From assembly GCF_056712565.1 (NCBI RefSeq), contig NZ_JBWXXM010000004.1: DNA of 64,000 nt; one strand, written 5' to 3'. Each line of letters begins with the position of its first letter. Position 1 is the stretch's first letter. Below the pieces are notes generated by a model that was not told the DNA's origin, ran no database searches, and was given only the letters and a program-made list of their open reading frames with translations. Source of the DNA: a plasmid. The translations under genes were made by a program, and so were the position numbers. Shown piece after piece: positions 51,401 to 63,802 of this stretch.

Positions 51401-54400
51401 ACATACGCGGTCCATATCCCTGATTATTGAGAAGATCGGACGGGCTTTCTCGTGCTCAATCACGCCGTCTTCATTGACCGAGGTCGTTACGCCATTGTTG
51501 GCTTTGGCCGCCGCTTCCGCCTGCTGACGCAATTCTTCATACGCCGCCAGTTGTTCTTCAGTAAGTGGTGCATCCTGCTGGTGTTCGTCCAGCTCCGGGA
51601 TCTCCACGGTATCCTTAACGTCTTCCGCCGTTTTAAGCGTTACCCAGCGATGGAATATACCGCGCAGCGCATCAAGGTTTTCAAAGCCCACCAGCGCCAT
51701 TTTTTCTTCAACTTCACCGCTAATTTTCTGTACCGTTTCCAGCCTGGTCTTGCCGAAGAATTTAACGAAGTCATCAGGACCGTAGATCCCCATGTTCTGC
51801 CAGTATTCCTTCGGCAGAACATGAGAAAGCATGTTGTATGCATCGATCGGGGTGTTAACGACTGGCGTTGCAGTCAGGAGAACCGGCCCGCGCCCGCCAT
51901 TCTTTTTCATCAGGTACGCGTTTTTAATTGCCATATCTCGCGCCGATTGCGCCACCGCGCTGGTGGGCAGATAGGCCAGTTGTGACGCTTCGCGACCATT
52001 TTTATAGCTATTGCGGTAGTTGTGACCTTCGTCGGCGATCACACTATCGAAGCCCATATCCTCAAAGTACGGATACTTCTCTGCTTTTTCGGTGCCGGTA
52101 TCTGAATACTCCGACAATACCCGGCGACGCGCGGCCTCTTTGCGGTGGGAGTCGGAGTCCATTGCGCTGGCTACGCGCCCGGCTGCAACGAAGTCATAAA
52201 GCATATCCTGTGCATGCTCATCTACGGTGTCATCACGTAGCGGAATGCGGGCGTATTGTTCTTTGGTAAACACGACTGCACGGTAATTTGAGTGCGGGAT
52301 CGCGTTCATCCGCGCCGTGATAGTGGCTTCATCTGCCAGTTTTAGGGCATCGCGCATAACTGGAGTGCCATCAGTACCAAGAACAGGTTTACCGTTCTCA
52401 TCGAGCACCGGCACCTGGCGAATCTGATCGCCATCCATCAGCACATCAAGACCGACGAACAGGTAGTTACTGAATGCCTCTTCACTCAGGAATTCTTTTG
52501 CTTCGTAATACCAGTTTTCCAGCACTGATTTAGGCACTACATACGCAGTACGGGTGGAGCGACCGTTCTCATAGTTGAACGCCTCAAGCGCCAGCGCGGT
52601 CGTAGTTTTACCCAGCCCGGTGCCGAAGCCCAGGATGCCGCGCCCATCTTCGGACAGTCGGCGCACTTCGCTATTCTGGTAATCAAATGGCTGGCGCTTA
52701 CCGCTTAATCCCTTCAACCCAAGCGGATCGCCAGAGTGTTCATACGGGATATTGCTATTGAACACATCGTTGTATTTGGCAACCAGTTCATCGTAGCGAT
52801 CGTGCGTCTTGATCCACTTATTGAACTGGTCCTCAAGCAGTGCCATCTGCTCGCGGTAGCCGTTCGCCGTCGCGCTATCTTTGCCACCGATACGCGCACC
52901 ATTGAGATACTTTTCCAGCTGTGCCGGGAACCCGGTCGCGTTTTCACCTGATTTACGGTCCCACTCGTAGCGGATCTCGCCTGTTTCTTTATCCTTGCGC
53001 TGGACGACACCGTATCGGTGCCCGACGAACAGACCATCACCACCGTGATAGGTGTCAGAAACCATTTCGTCGCCTTCCAGCTGCACTGACTGCACATAGC
53101 GAAGATCCGGATAGCCGTTTTCCTGCAAAAATTCCAGAATGACGGAACGGTCGAACCAACGGCTATTGAGCTTAAAGCGGATATTCTCTGCTGGCGTCTT
53201 GATGCGCTTCTCTTCGATCGCTGCCAGCTGATTAAGGACGTTGTTCTTTACTGGACCGTCGGGGAGTGTGGCAAGGAATTCCTGTTTTGGTGCCACTATC
53301 TCGTTAATGTCGCCGCTGGTGGCGCGGGCGAACGGAACAATCCCGCCATACGGTGAAACCGCAATGCCAGGGGTGCTGGCCAATAAATTAAGCAACTCGT
53401 CATCACTGGCTGGCAGTTCGCCGGTAAACGCAAGGCGGAAATCATCGAGCTGGATTGGATCGCGAGTGAGATCACTGTAGAGATAACGCAGGGTGTCCTG
53501 ATAGCTGGTGGAGTCATAACTGGCGCTGGAATCATGCGTAACCAGTTTTCCTGTCAGCTCGTCAGAAATAGTGCCATCCAGCTTAATTGCACCACGGAAA
53601 GCAAACCAGGCGCGCGCACCGCTCCCCGATAATTTCGCTATCGGACCGCGACCGGGGTTACCAAAACGGTCAATCTCTGCCTGCAAACGGGATACCAGAG
53701 AAAGGCGCTGCTGTTCGATTTGTTCAGCACTATGCCCGGCGGCCTTCATGTCCTGATATTCAATTAACATCCGGCCAATCATCGCCCCGCGATACAAGCG
53801 TTCACGGTATTTTTCAGGCTGGCTGTTAATCCAGTCCACCAGCTGCACCATATCGTCGCTGATTGATGTGGTGTACTTATCGCGGACATTTGCCATCTGG
53901 GTAAATGTCATGCCGAGACGGCCTTCTGTTGTAGTCAGGTTACGCTGAAGAGCCTCCCAGCTATCCGCGCCATAACTGGCAGCATCGATCTTAAGTTCCT
54001 TCCCTGCATCAGCTTCAATCCAGCGACCACCAGCATATTTTTGCCATACGCCATTAATCAGGCGCATTTCCCCTTCACCAACAACGTCTGCGGTCGGTGA
54101 CGGTTCAGCCATATCGAGCAAAGACCAGTCGATACGGCTTTCGAAACGATGAATCAGCTTCGCTTTAAGAGCCTGGTTATCAATCTGACCGTCGGCACGA
54201 ACCTCAATACGCCCCTGGAAGCCCTTTTCCTGGGTGCCATGAACAAACCGGCGGCCATCCTTTTCAAACCACTTGCCAGAAATAAACGTTGACCAAAGCA
54301 CATTTGCCGATTCGAGAGTGCTTTCATCCACCAGGGGGATTTTCTCAGCCATCTCTGCCGGATGTTTGCGCATCAGCACCACATCTACGACCGTACTGGT

Positions 54401-55186
54401 CCCGTTAGCGTCAAAAGTACCGGTAGGCAAGCGGTGAGCGCCAAGAAATTCAGCTTTACGGGATAGGCGCAGGCGTAACCGCTTCATGTTTGAACCTGAA
54501 ACAATGGACGGCGGCACAATCACGCACATGAATCCGCCTGGCTTTATCTTGTCCAGCATGCGGAGCATGAAGTAAGAACCCATGTCCGTTTCTTCTGCGT
54601 AAGGCTTATCGATGTTGCGTGTGTTATCACGACCACCGAACGGAACGTTACCCACAACATGGTCGAATGAATCGTTAGGCGTGCTTACAGCCAGCTGTTC
54701 GAACGGGGAAATCTGTACGCTGTCTTCCGGGTGTAACAGCTGGTTTATACGACCGGAAACACTGCTGATCTCAGTCGCAGTCATCACCGTACCAACCGGT
54801 TTTGTCTCATTAAAAACGCCGGTGCCCGCCGATGGTTCCAGAGTGTTACCTACGTCCGCGCCGTAGAGCTTCATGATCTCCCAGACACCTTCAGCGATCG
54901 GCTTTGGTGTGTAATATTCGGAGACGGACCCGCCAATGCCGCCTTCACCGGTGTACCCAGCCAGGATCTGGCGCTGTTCATCTGTCAGTGTCGCGCCGTC
55001 CACCAGCGAATTAAGCAAATCTATCGCCTTCTGATTCGCCTCCCGGCGCAGTCGGTCATAGCTTTTGCCTTCCACCTTTTCCACGCCGTATTTAATCGGC
55101 GCTCGGTGAGATGTTATTGCCCTAATGTATTTCAATATTTCGCTGACACTTGAACAGCGAAACACCCCCATAGATAGCTTGTTCAT
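48419..55186 (-). CDS. darB: DarB antirestriction protein (N-terminal N6-adenine MTase domain plus DEAH-type helicase)
   Basis: 2255-aa ORF; MTase motifs EPSAGTG and NVPFGG; helicase motifs GTGLGKT, ADEGHNYRN. Confidence 0.85.
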   Translation of the reverse strand: MNKLSMGVFRCSSVSEILKYIRAITSHRAPIKYGVEKVEGKSYDRLRREANQKAIDLLNSLVDGATLTDEQRQILAGYTGEGGIGGSVSEYYTPKPIAEGVWEIMKLYGADVGNTLEPSAGTGVFNETKPVGTVMTATEISSVSGRINQLLHPEDSVQISPFEQLAVSTPNDSFDHVVGNVPFGGRDNTRNIDKPYAEETDMGSYFMLRMLDKIKPGGFMCVIVPPSIVSGSNMKRLRLRLSRKAEFLGAHRLPTGTFDANGTSTVVDVVLMRKHPAEMAEKIPLVDESTLESANVLWSTFISGKWFEKDGRRFVHGTQEKGFQGRIEVRADGQIDNQALKAKLIHRFESRIDWSLLDMAEPSPTADVVGEGEMRLINGVWQKYAGGRWIEADAGKELKIDAASYGADSWEALQRNLTTTEGRLGMTFTQMANVRDKYTTSISDDMVQLVDWINSQPEKYRERLYRGAMIGRMLIEYQDMKAAGHSAEQIEQQRLSLVSRLQAEIDRFGNPGRGPIAKLSGSGARAWFAFRGAIKLDGTISDELTGKLVTHDSSASYDSTSYQDTLRYLYSDLTRDPIQLDDFRLAFTGELPASDDELLNLLASTPGIAVSPYGGIVPFARATSGDINEIVAPKQEFLATLPDGPVKNNVLNQLAAIEEKRIKTPAENIRFKLNSRWFDRSVILEFLQENGYPDLRYVQSVQLEGDEMVSDTYHGGDGLFVGHRYGVVQRKDKETGEIRYEWDRKSGENATGFPAQLEKYLNGARIGGKDSATANGYREQMALLEDQFNKWIKTHDRYDELVAKYNDVFNSNIPYEHSGDPLGLKGLSGKRQPFDYQNSEVRRLSEDGRGILGFGTGLGKTTTALALEAFNYENGRSTRTAYVVPKSVLENWYYEAKEFLSEEAFSNYLFVGLDVLMDGDQIRQVPVLDENGKPVLGTDGTPVMRDALKLADEATITARMNAIPHSNYRAVVFTKEQYARIPLRDDTVDEHAQDMLYDFVAAGRVASAMDSDSHRKEAARRRVLSEYSDTGTEKAEKYPYFEDMGFDSVIADEGHNYRNSYKNGREASQLAYLPTSAVAQSARDMAIKNAYLMKKNGGRGPVLLTATPVVNTPIDAYNMLSHVLPKEYWQNMGIYGPDDFVKFFGKTRLETVQKISGEVEEKMALVGFENLDALRGIFHRWVTLKTAEDVKDTVEIPELDEHQQDAPLTEEQLAAYEELRQQAEAAAKANNGVTTSVNEDGVIEHEKARPIFSIIRDMDRVCTDMDLYYRRITYRFLPEYADAVQQLADSLPKQATSEDDDSDDSITQQSQYSLIDKGEFIQLQVPEAFEQEVNKRLAKFGIDEQTVTHPVTPKYAKLIATLKEFFPEGKQIIFTDEKTQHQKLKRIICNALNLEPSKVGILNAQTVAEAGKTGKKLKAVKPPKELPDEPTDAQIAKYNEQMALYDAYIAQQNEMSLGGLEKIAADFQEGRTPIIICNKKAEVGINLHRGTTDIHHLTLPWTPASIAQRNGRGARVGSNRASVRVHYYCGKGSFDEYRLKTLKRKAGWISDILRSDKSEMENADANDMIEMQMYTAKDDGERLAMMQVQMDKAKAAQRARQKEQATIDLQNYIKAQHAAGEDVEVLTAELERSKAELEKTTADVAKFKQAVMAKAADNADWKARWGSVHHTDRMLLAQYRASLKNAIQRKANISQAISRYEKLLNRTQKAATDIKRLRPLVEDAINKGILDVDPDLVNHASEFLVIGDRSWRVGQYYDCAGDIVRIKSLDFDSQRADVEIIFTFKGTKSGNWDVKTLDKQVDVTPDEDAVMQKISGGVSIAGINDIISCDDFYRFQQRGMIKITDSYGVQTTESGYSIDFVGTYTDPLKHAVYPDRRDDALKSSIAKWVLGMMSEGNNRQIRSAETFLVELFGSNYGDVIASYGDTLSPEAIQEKIADAIARMPEKTSQGATRNGDSELEVTNAIFGTNEFRGSDYEITTAQFGTIGIYSNKAEIKQAMDAASARIVAEREANLNHAVAALTQSWVTAIREAATTGKITPAIADVVNDGSKFMDAYQMDAVKLPSAYGQLSYRMTYNLVSMFSDLAILGLVDLNEVTPELLSMRKNHVEILQRINTVLAGRTDEEKQADADRINLALGNITEEEIAARNEKQEELSSTQGDATSIAQSLGLNYRVSTADLKMMYAPKFAAGEVFGLQEASGMKGVLFRAKDAIKAKFGARWLPAKAKNSDFPGNWWIIETKHNVADVLAVIQQYA

Positions 55187-55195
55187 TGGTAATCC

Positions 55196-55213
55196 TTAAC
55201 AAGTGACTAGTGT
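55196..55213. promoter_or_regulatory. candidate late-promoter box in darB/prt divergent region
   Basis: CTTAACAAGTGACTAGTG contains the AGTCACTTGTT core also seen at 219-233, 20838-20850, 58929-58942. Confidence 0.35.
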
Positions 55214-55252
55214 TAAATTCCGTTCAAACACGATGTGAATTATTCTAATTAA

Positions 55253-57983
<2,731 letters not shown>

Positions 57984-57991
57984 CCATCAAA

Positions 57992-58020
57992 AATAACCCC
58001 GGCGGCTGCCGGGGTTCTCG
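57992..58020. terminator. bidirectional terminator between pro and lyz block
   Basis: AAAAATAACCCCGGCGGCTGCCGGGGTTCTCGTT; strong when read on minus strand. Confidence 0.6.
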
Positions 58021-58027
58021 TTAACTA

Positions 58028-58282
58028 TTATCGCCTTCGTCTGCGTGCCATATATTTTCGCACCGCGCGACGTGGGCAATCTGAAGCGGTTTCTTTCTGC
58101 TGCATCAATCTTGCAGCCATGCTCAAAAATGTCAGGCACAGCCGAAGCCCGGCATATAATAGCGGTTCCAGTGGCCACGTCTCATTGATCACATATACCG
58201 CCATGAAAATCGAGTCGAAAACTATCGCCGCCAGCGATAACTTCATTGTCGAAAGTCGGCGGAGCTGCCGGAGTTTATTCAT
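58028..58282 (-). CDS. small membrane protein downstream of lyz (holin/pinholin candidate)
   Basis: 84-aa ORF (or 72 aa from 58246) with two hydrophobic segments; overlaps the lyz stop. Confidence 0.3.
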   Translation of the reverse strand: MNKLRQLRRLSTMKLSLAAIVFDSIFMAVYVINETWPLEPLLYAGLRLCLTFLSMAARLMQQKETASDCPRRAVRKYMARRRRR

Positions 58283-58832
58283 TGACCAGTCCCGTCAGGC
58301 AAAGCTGACGTTCTTTTTCACGGCGAATCTTTAAGCCTCGCAGTGGCACGCCGTTACTGTTCACGAAATCAGGGAGATGGTTACACATATTCACCCATTC
58401 CCCTTTCTGCGCCCACTTGTGGATGGACGTTTCTACTCGCATGCCTCGCGCTTTGCTGTAGTAGGTCCGTAAACTATTGCATCCCATATTGAATGCCGCG
58501 CTTGTCATTGCACTGAAGGCATTATCGGGCATGTCTTTGCCCCGGAAGTGCTGATTAATACAGCGTTCAGCGATCAGGATATTCTTTTCCCAATCAGCGG
58601 CGATTTGCTGGTCGGTTTTTCGCACGCCTGGCGTTACCCCGTGTGTATTACCAATCCCGTCAGTCCATACACCCGCCGGGCACATGTATGGGTCACGTCG
58701 GCAACCTTCAGCGTTTCCGATAAGCTCAAGCCCCGCCTGGTTGGTTCGCACATTGCCATTACCCATCACGATGGTAATCATCACCGCGATAGCGCAAATT
58801 GCACCGCCTCCTGCGGCTGTTTTTCCCTTCAT
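58275..58832 (-). CDS. lyz: SAR endolysin (lysozyme with signal-arrest-release domain)
   Basis: 185 aa from MKGKTAAGGGAICAIAVMITIVMG; Gly/Ala-rich SAR segment then T4-lysozyme-like catalytic region. Confidence 0.9.
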   Translation of the reverse strand: MKGKTAAGGGAICAIAVMITIVMGNGNVRTNQAGLELIGNAEGCRRDPYMCPAGVWTDGIGNTHGVTPGVRKTDQQIAADWEKNILIAERCINQHFRGKDMPDNAFSAMTSAAFNMGCNSLRTYYSKARGMRVETSIHKWAQKGEWVNMCNHLPDFVNSNGVPLRGLKIRREKERQLCLTGLVNE

Positions 58833-58963
58833 AAAGACCTCATAAGCGAATTTTTTACGCTCCAGGACAACACCCATTCACAGCCAATACCGACTGACTC
58901 GATCCCTTTAGAAGGCACAGGATAATGCAAATCACTTGTTAGCTACGTTTCAAAGATATACAT

Positions 58964-58980
58964 TATTGCTCTAATTAATT
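58964..58980 (+). promoter_or_regulatory. C1-operator-like site upstream of ssb
   Basis: ATTGCTCTAATTAATTT. Confidence 0.55.
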
Positions 58981-59000
58981 TATTTTATTAGGTAAGATAA

Positions 59001-59489
59001 GTGGCACAACGCGGTGTAAACAAAGTCATCCTGATTGGTACCCTGGGGCAAGACCCGGAGATCAGGTATATACCAAATGGCGGAGCGGTCGGAAGACTCA
59101 GCATCGCAACGAATGAATCATGGCGCGACAAGCAAACGGGCCAACAGAAAGAGCAAACAGAATGGCATAAAGTCGTTTTGTTCGGAAAACTTGCTGAAAT
59201 TGCGAGTGAGTATTTACGAAAAGGTTCTCAGGTCTACATCGAAGGGAAACTTAAAACCCGTAAGTGGACAGATGACGCCGGTGTAGAACGTTACACGACG
59301 GAAATTATCGTCAGCCAGGGCGGCACCATGCAAATGATCGGCGCTCGCCGTGACGATTCACAGTCCTCAAATGGCTGGGGGCAATCAAACCAACCTCAAA
59401 ACCACCAGCAATACAGTGGTGGCGGTAAACCTCAGAGCAACGCCAATAACGAACCTCCAATGGACTTTGACGACGATATTCCGTTTTGA
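59001..59489 (+). CDS. ssb: single-stranded DNA-binding protein
   Basis: 162 aa; OB-fold N-terminus, Gly/Gln-rich tail, C-terminal DFDDDIPF. Confidence 0.95.
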   Translation: MAQRGVNKVILIGTLGQDPEIRYIPNGGAVGRLSIATNESWRDKQTGQQKEQTEWHKVVLFGKLAEIASEYLRKGSQVYIEGKLKTRKWTDDAGVERYTTEIIVSQGGTMQMIGARRDDSQSSNGWGQSNQPQNHQQYSGGGKPQSNANNEPPMDFDDDIPF

Positions 59490-59686
59490 ATGTGTAAAAA
59501 ACGACTGAAAGAAAAGCGGTGGTCCAGACGCCAACAAAAGCACGAACTCGCTAAAAAACGCCAAAGTTGGCAATGGCACGCGTTTTTAACGAACAGAACA
59601 CCACGAGATATTGCTTTCGCTGGTGGGAAAACATTCCTAACCCACCTGAAGACGCAATACATCAGTTTTTAAGCAGAGAAAAGACT

Positions 59687-60475
59687 ATGACAGCACAAAA
59701 AACTAAAACCATTCAATACCGCCTACGTAATGGCCAGAGTGTCGAAGTGACCATCAATAATGATGGAGTACCTGGCGAAAAAGTTTCTATCTCTGATCTG
59801 GCTATCGAAAAAACCATCATGTGCCACCTTGGCTTTACTGAAGAAGTGAGCAAAAAGCATGGTGTAGCAATCTGGAGCGCAATGGATACTGGTATGCGCA
59901 AGTTCATTACTGCTCGTACCCCAGGGATGACCATGATGGACCTCATGCAGATTGCGCCGCTGTTTGAATGTGAGCCTTTAGATGTATTCAGCAATCCAGC
60001 TATCTGCCAGCAGTTATATGGTGAGATGAAACTCGCGGTTACCCCCATTGTGCTGCATGAAGGATCGCTTGCTGGCGTGTGGAAAGTAGAGCGTATTTCA
60101 AGCTACATGCCTTTCCATGTCAACGGCGTAATCACTGGTGAAAATCAACCTGTTTCCGTTATAAAGTCAGACCTCAAGCGCGCAATTCTTGAAGCAAGTT
60201 GTCGAGTTGTCGGGCTGGGCAAACAGTCTTATGTTTCCTTCCCGGCTGGCCCTGAAGGCCCGGCAGAAATTCTGATTATGGATGCCGATCTGCTCTGGCA
60301 AATACAGTTTCTGATTGGCAAAAGCATCATCCGCGCTGAAGAACTCGATCAGTACATTACCTGCACGATGACGGATGAAGTCAAAAGTGTGGCTATAGCC
60401 AATGCCCGGAACCTATGTCGTGCTGCATTAACAGAACTGCAAGAAAACACCACGGAAGAAGTGGAAAGCGATTAA
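59687..60475 (+). CDS. hypothetical protein
   Basis: ORF-track frame 59567-60475; likely start MTAQKTK at 59687; followed by terminator. Confidence 0.45.
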   Translation: MTAQKTKTIQYRLRNGQSVEVTINNDGVPGEKVSISDLAIEKTIMCHLGFTEEVSKKHGVAIWSAMDTGMRKFITARTPGMTMMDLMQIAPLFECEPLDVFSNPAICQQLYGEMKLAVTPIVLHEGSLAGVWKVERISSYMPFHVNGVITGENQPVSVIKSDLKRAILEASCRVVGLGKQSYVSFPAGPEGPAEILIMDADLLWQIQFLIGKSIIRAEELDQYITCTMTDEVKSVAIANARNLCRAALTELQENTTEEVESD

Positions 60476-60477
60476 AA

Positions 60478-60503
60478 AAAATCCCGCCGATTGGCGGGAT
60501 TTC
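60478..60503. terminator. bidirectional intrinsic terminator
   Basis: AAAAAAAATCCCGCCGATTGGCGGGATTTCTTC. Confidence 0.6.
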
Positions 60504-60504
60504 T

Positions 60505-60813
60505 TCAATATACGATCTGGTCTACATGATCACCAAAATCATCGTCGTCGTCCTCATCGCCACCATCTACTGCTGGCCAATCAACAAACCAGCCAGCGTA
60601 AAGATGCAGCGTTCGGAGAACATCACTTGCGGGAGCATCAAGGGTGTTAACGAATCCCATATAGCTATTGGGATTTGCTCCAGCTATGGCTTCAGCGATC
60701 ATGTCCTCGGTAATGTCACCGGAGATAATGCTTAAACGCCCGGAAACTTCTTCATTATCATCAAATTCGATAATGGCATCTCCGCCTAATGGCGCTGCGA
60801 TTTTAATCTGCAT
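60505..60813 (-). CDS. acidic hypothetical protein, last gene of minus-strand operon
   Basis: 102-aa ORF ending in Asp/Glu-rich tail; start overlaps ddrB stop. Confidence 0.45.
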   Translation of the reverse strand: MQIKIAAPLGGDAIIEFDDNEEVSGRLSIISGDITEDMIAEAIAGANPNSYMGFVNTLDAPASDVLRTLHLYAGWFVDWPAVDGGDEDDDDDFGDHVDQIVY

Positions 60814-63790
60814 TATTTAGCTCCTTTGCCACACCTAATAACAGTTCCAGCAATCCGTCACCATTCATCAGTGATGCGGCAGCGGCCTCTTTGTCATGAT
60901 ACAACTGAAGAGCCATAGAGAATACTTCCGTTGCTGACGTTTTGGAAATAGTCGGTGATTTCTGCCGAATTTTCCCGGAATTACTCACTGAGGCTGGCGG
61001 GTATACCTTCGCCATATAAATATTACTCAATCGAGATCTGAAGCACCATTCAGGCTTGCCACGCCCACCGATATTAACGAAAGATGGCTTATCCCCTTCA
61101 ACATTGGCCTTCAGGAATGACCGGGCTTTCTCTAACAAACCAGGGTTACTGTACTCAAGATGATGACCCAGCTCGTGCCACAGTGCACTTGCATTTTCAT
61201 CGTTCAAATTGACAGCAACAACACCATTAAGATTTGCATATGCCCTTCCCTGGTGGTGAACCACCTTTGTTAAGGTCGAAATTTTACCGCCGGTCAGGCG
61301 ATAAATATCAGCAAGTTCCTTGCGCAGGTCTATCCCACCATTCTGTCCAGCGCGGGCTTCTTCCACTTCTTCCGTGATAAAAGAGTCGGCCCACTCAAGA
61401 GCTTTTTCTTCAGATACGGATGAGTTGGCGATCGCACTGTTCATGGCAGATAACACTTTCTCGTGGACCGAACCCATACTTCGCTGATTCATTTGCCAGC
61501 GTGTCTGCGGGTTATATGAGAATCGCTTAAGTAGTTGGTCAAGCTGCTCAAGTTCTTCTTCACTGACATACTTTTTAGCCTCACCAATAATGCCAGGGAG
61601 AATATTGCCGTTAGGATTAAACGCTCGCGAAAGGAAGAGTTTCAGCGCCCCCATGCCCTCCGATGCTTCAATATCACCAATAACCCGGTTAACAATGGCC
61701 GCACTCTTCGGATTAGCATCCGCCAACGCTCTGGCTACGATTTGCAGGGACGATACGACCTCACGCTGCATATCCGTCCTGATCTCATCAATAAACTCTG
61801 GCGTTATGCCGTGCTCTTTAAGGATATCCCGGCCTTCCGCCGTTACCCCATCGATATCACCGACATGTTTATTAACACGACTTTGCAATGCCTTAAATGC
61901 CTTCAGAATTCCACGGGCATCATCCGCTTTACTAACGGCCTTCCTGAATGCTGGCAAGAAGTCAGAGTTAACCTCATTTTGTTGATCGGCCCACTGAATG
62001 GAGGCTTCTTTCATCTCGTCCAGAGTCAGATCACCCAACGCGGTATGGTCTGTGAATATGAGCGACAACCTCTGAACCATTTCTGCCAATGGTGATGCCG
62101 AATGCGCCGCGCTAAGGAATGCTTTCACCCTGGTTGGGCGAATGGAAAACCAGTCAATAGCTGGTGGCATATCTCCGTTTTTTATCGCCTGCGCTATCTC
62201 ATCAAAGCCGTCGCGCCCAAGGGAGGATGCGTGATTTAACAATCCGCGAAGTAACGAATTGCTGATACCGAATAATCGGCACCATTTATTCACGTCGGCA
62301 ACAGGCATTCGAACAAAATGCGCAAGCACTTGTACAAGCTGTTCATCCTGGGGATCTGTACGGGAAAGCAGCCTGATCAGATGAATAATGTCTTTGATGC
62401 CGGATGCCCGATGTAATAGCAAGCTGGTATATGGAGCAACACCGTTGTAACTACCGCCGGAAACGGACTCGAAAAGACCGCCGGATATCCCTTGCATGCC
62501 TTCGTTTTCCAGTTCCTGAGACACCTGGCGAAGGATATCCTGTAACGACACATCACCACCGCCAAACATATCCCCCAGCGCCTGGCCCTGGTGCTGTAAC
62601 TCATCATTGATACGTTGAGCCATCAATTTAAAGGCGGTGGCCATACGCTTCGCGCTACGGTTATTCGCGACGATGAACAACGCGAGAGCTTTCACTTCCG
62701 GGGCTGTTTCGCTGAACATATCCCCCTGAGCAATAACATCGGTAATATGTTGGCCTGACTCCTTCGATTGCCTTACCAGGTCTACCGCATCTTTCAATGC
62801 CGCCAGCGCCTTTTTATCGAGACTATCCGCTGTCTCAATACCATCAACAATAGTTGTCACAGCCTGCTTGTGCGCTTCTCCTGATAAAGCCTGCATCTGG
62901 ACAAAATCATTGGCTGCCGCATTAAGCGCCGTCAGAACATTACGCATATCCGGATCAGGTTCTTCTGCAACCATCCTTACCAGGCGCGCATCCTTATATG
63001 CCTTGGCAAAGATCGCGTTTTGTATACGGTCAACAAGTTGCCGCGTTGGTCGCCCATCTTCCGTTACAAGGCCAGCCGCCTGTGTGGCACCAACTTGCGT
63101 CATAAATCCGCGAATAAACGCGTCATTACTGCGGCTAAGCAGATCTCCGCTTTCTGACGGGTTAAAAAGCGCCATCATCGCCGGTGTTATGCTGTCGGCA
63201 TCAACAAAAGCCTTTTCACTGGCTGCCATTTCCTGAAGATCAGAAATATTTGAGTCCTTGGCAAACTGAACGCGGTCAACCTTGGTTAACCGGCGGCGCA
63301 CCAGTACCGGAGCCGTCATTGATTCAACCTTTTCAGGTCGTATGCCGAATTCGGTCGCATGATCAATCAGGTACTCACGATACCGATCCGCATTGCCGTC
63401 CTGATAGGCTTTGATGATCCCCATGGTCCGTCCATTACCTGACTCAACGGCATTGTCCTCACCAATTATCGGCGCACCATGGCTGGATAAACCGGAATCA
63501 GTAAGCTGAGCAGGCCGCAAATCTTTGGATATCTGGTTAACCTGAAGAAGGCTGGATGCGCGGGTCCGGTCGCGCGGCTGAAGTTCCTGGGGATAGTCAG
63601 GATTAATTTTCCCATCCAGAGTATTGGATACCAAAAGAGCTGAGGCATCGACGATATCAAACGCTGTTTTTACCTCGTCTCCCTTCGCTGTCACCACATA
63701 CGAAACCCGCCCATAACCGGGCAGGTTCTTTAGCAGCTCGATCAGCGTTTCTATGCTGGTGGCCATTACCACCTGATCGCTTAAGCTCAT
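60803..63790 (-). CDS. ddrB: DdrB-like large virion protein (HExxH metallopeptidase-like motif)
   Basis: 995-aa ORF; HELGHHLEY motif; position between ssb side and darA-operon genes. Confidence 0.55.
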   Translation of the reverse strand: MSLSDQVVMATSIETLIELLKNLPGYGRVSYVVTAKGDEVKTAFDIVDASALLVSNTLDGKINPDYPQELQPRDRTRASSLLQVNQISKDLRPAQLTDSGLSSHGAPIIGEDNAVESGNGRTMGIIKAYQDGNADRYREYLIDHATEFGIRPEKVESMTAPVLVRRRLTKVDRVQFAKDSNISDLQEMAASEKAFVDADSITPAMMALFNPSESGDLLSRSNDAFIRGFMTQVGATQAAGLVTEDGRPTRQLVDRIQNAIFAKAYKDARLVRMVAEEPDPDMRNVLTALNAAANDFVQMQALSGEAHKQAVTTIVDGIETADSLDKKALAALKDAVDLVRQSKESGQHITDVIAQGDMFSETAPEVKALALFIVANNRSAKRMATAFKLMAQRINDELQHQGQALGDMFGGGDVSLQDILRQVSQELENEGMQGISGGLFESVSGGSYNGVAPYTSLLLHRASGIKDIIHLIRLLSRTDPQDEQLVQVLAHFVRMPVADVNKWCRLFGISNSLLRGLLNHASSLGRDGFDEIAQAIKNGDMPPAIDWFSIRPTRVKAFLSAAHSASPLAEMVQRLSLIFTDHTALGDLTLDEMKEASIQWADQQNEVNSDFLPAFRKAVSKADDARGILKAFKALQSRVNKHVGDIDGVTAEGRDILKEHGITPEFIDEIRTDMQREVVSSLQIVARALADANPKSAAIVNRVIGDIEASEGMGALKLFLSRAFNPNGNILPGIIGEAKKYVSEEELEQLDQLLKRFSYNPQTRWQMNQRSMGSVHEKVLSAMNSAIANSSVSEEKALEWADSFITEEVEEARAGQNGGIDLRKELADIYRLTGGKISTLTKVVHHQGRAYANLNGVVAVNLNDENASALWHELGHHLEYSNPGLLEKARSFLKANVEGDKPSFVNIGGRGKPEWCFRSRLSNIYMAKVYPPASVSNSGKIRQKSPTISKTSATEVFSMALQLYHDKEAAAASLMNGDGLLELLLGVAKELNNAD

Positions 63791-63802
63791 CCCTGTTACG
63801 CC

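Noticed and set aside
49016-54866. Numerous 60-180 aa plus-strand ORFs inside darB
   Set aside because: All lie antisense within a 2255-aa gene with conserved MTase and helicase motifs; no independent signals.
59490-59690. IS1 insertion expected near ssb in P1
   Set aside because: No transposase ORF or terminal inverted repeats; the interval is only about 200 bp.
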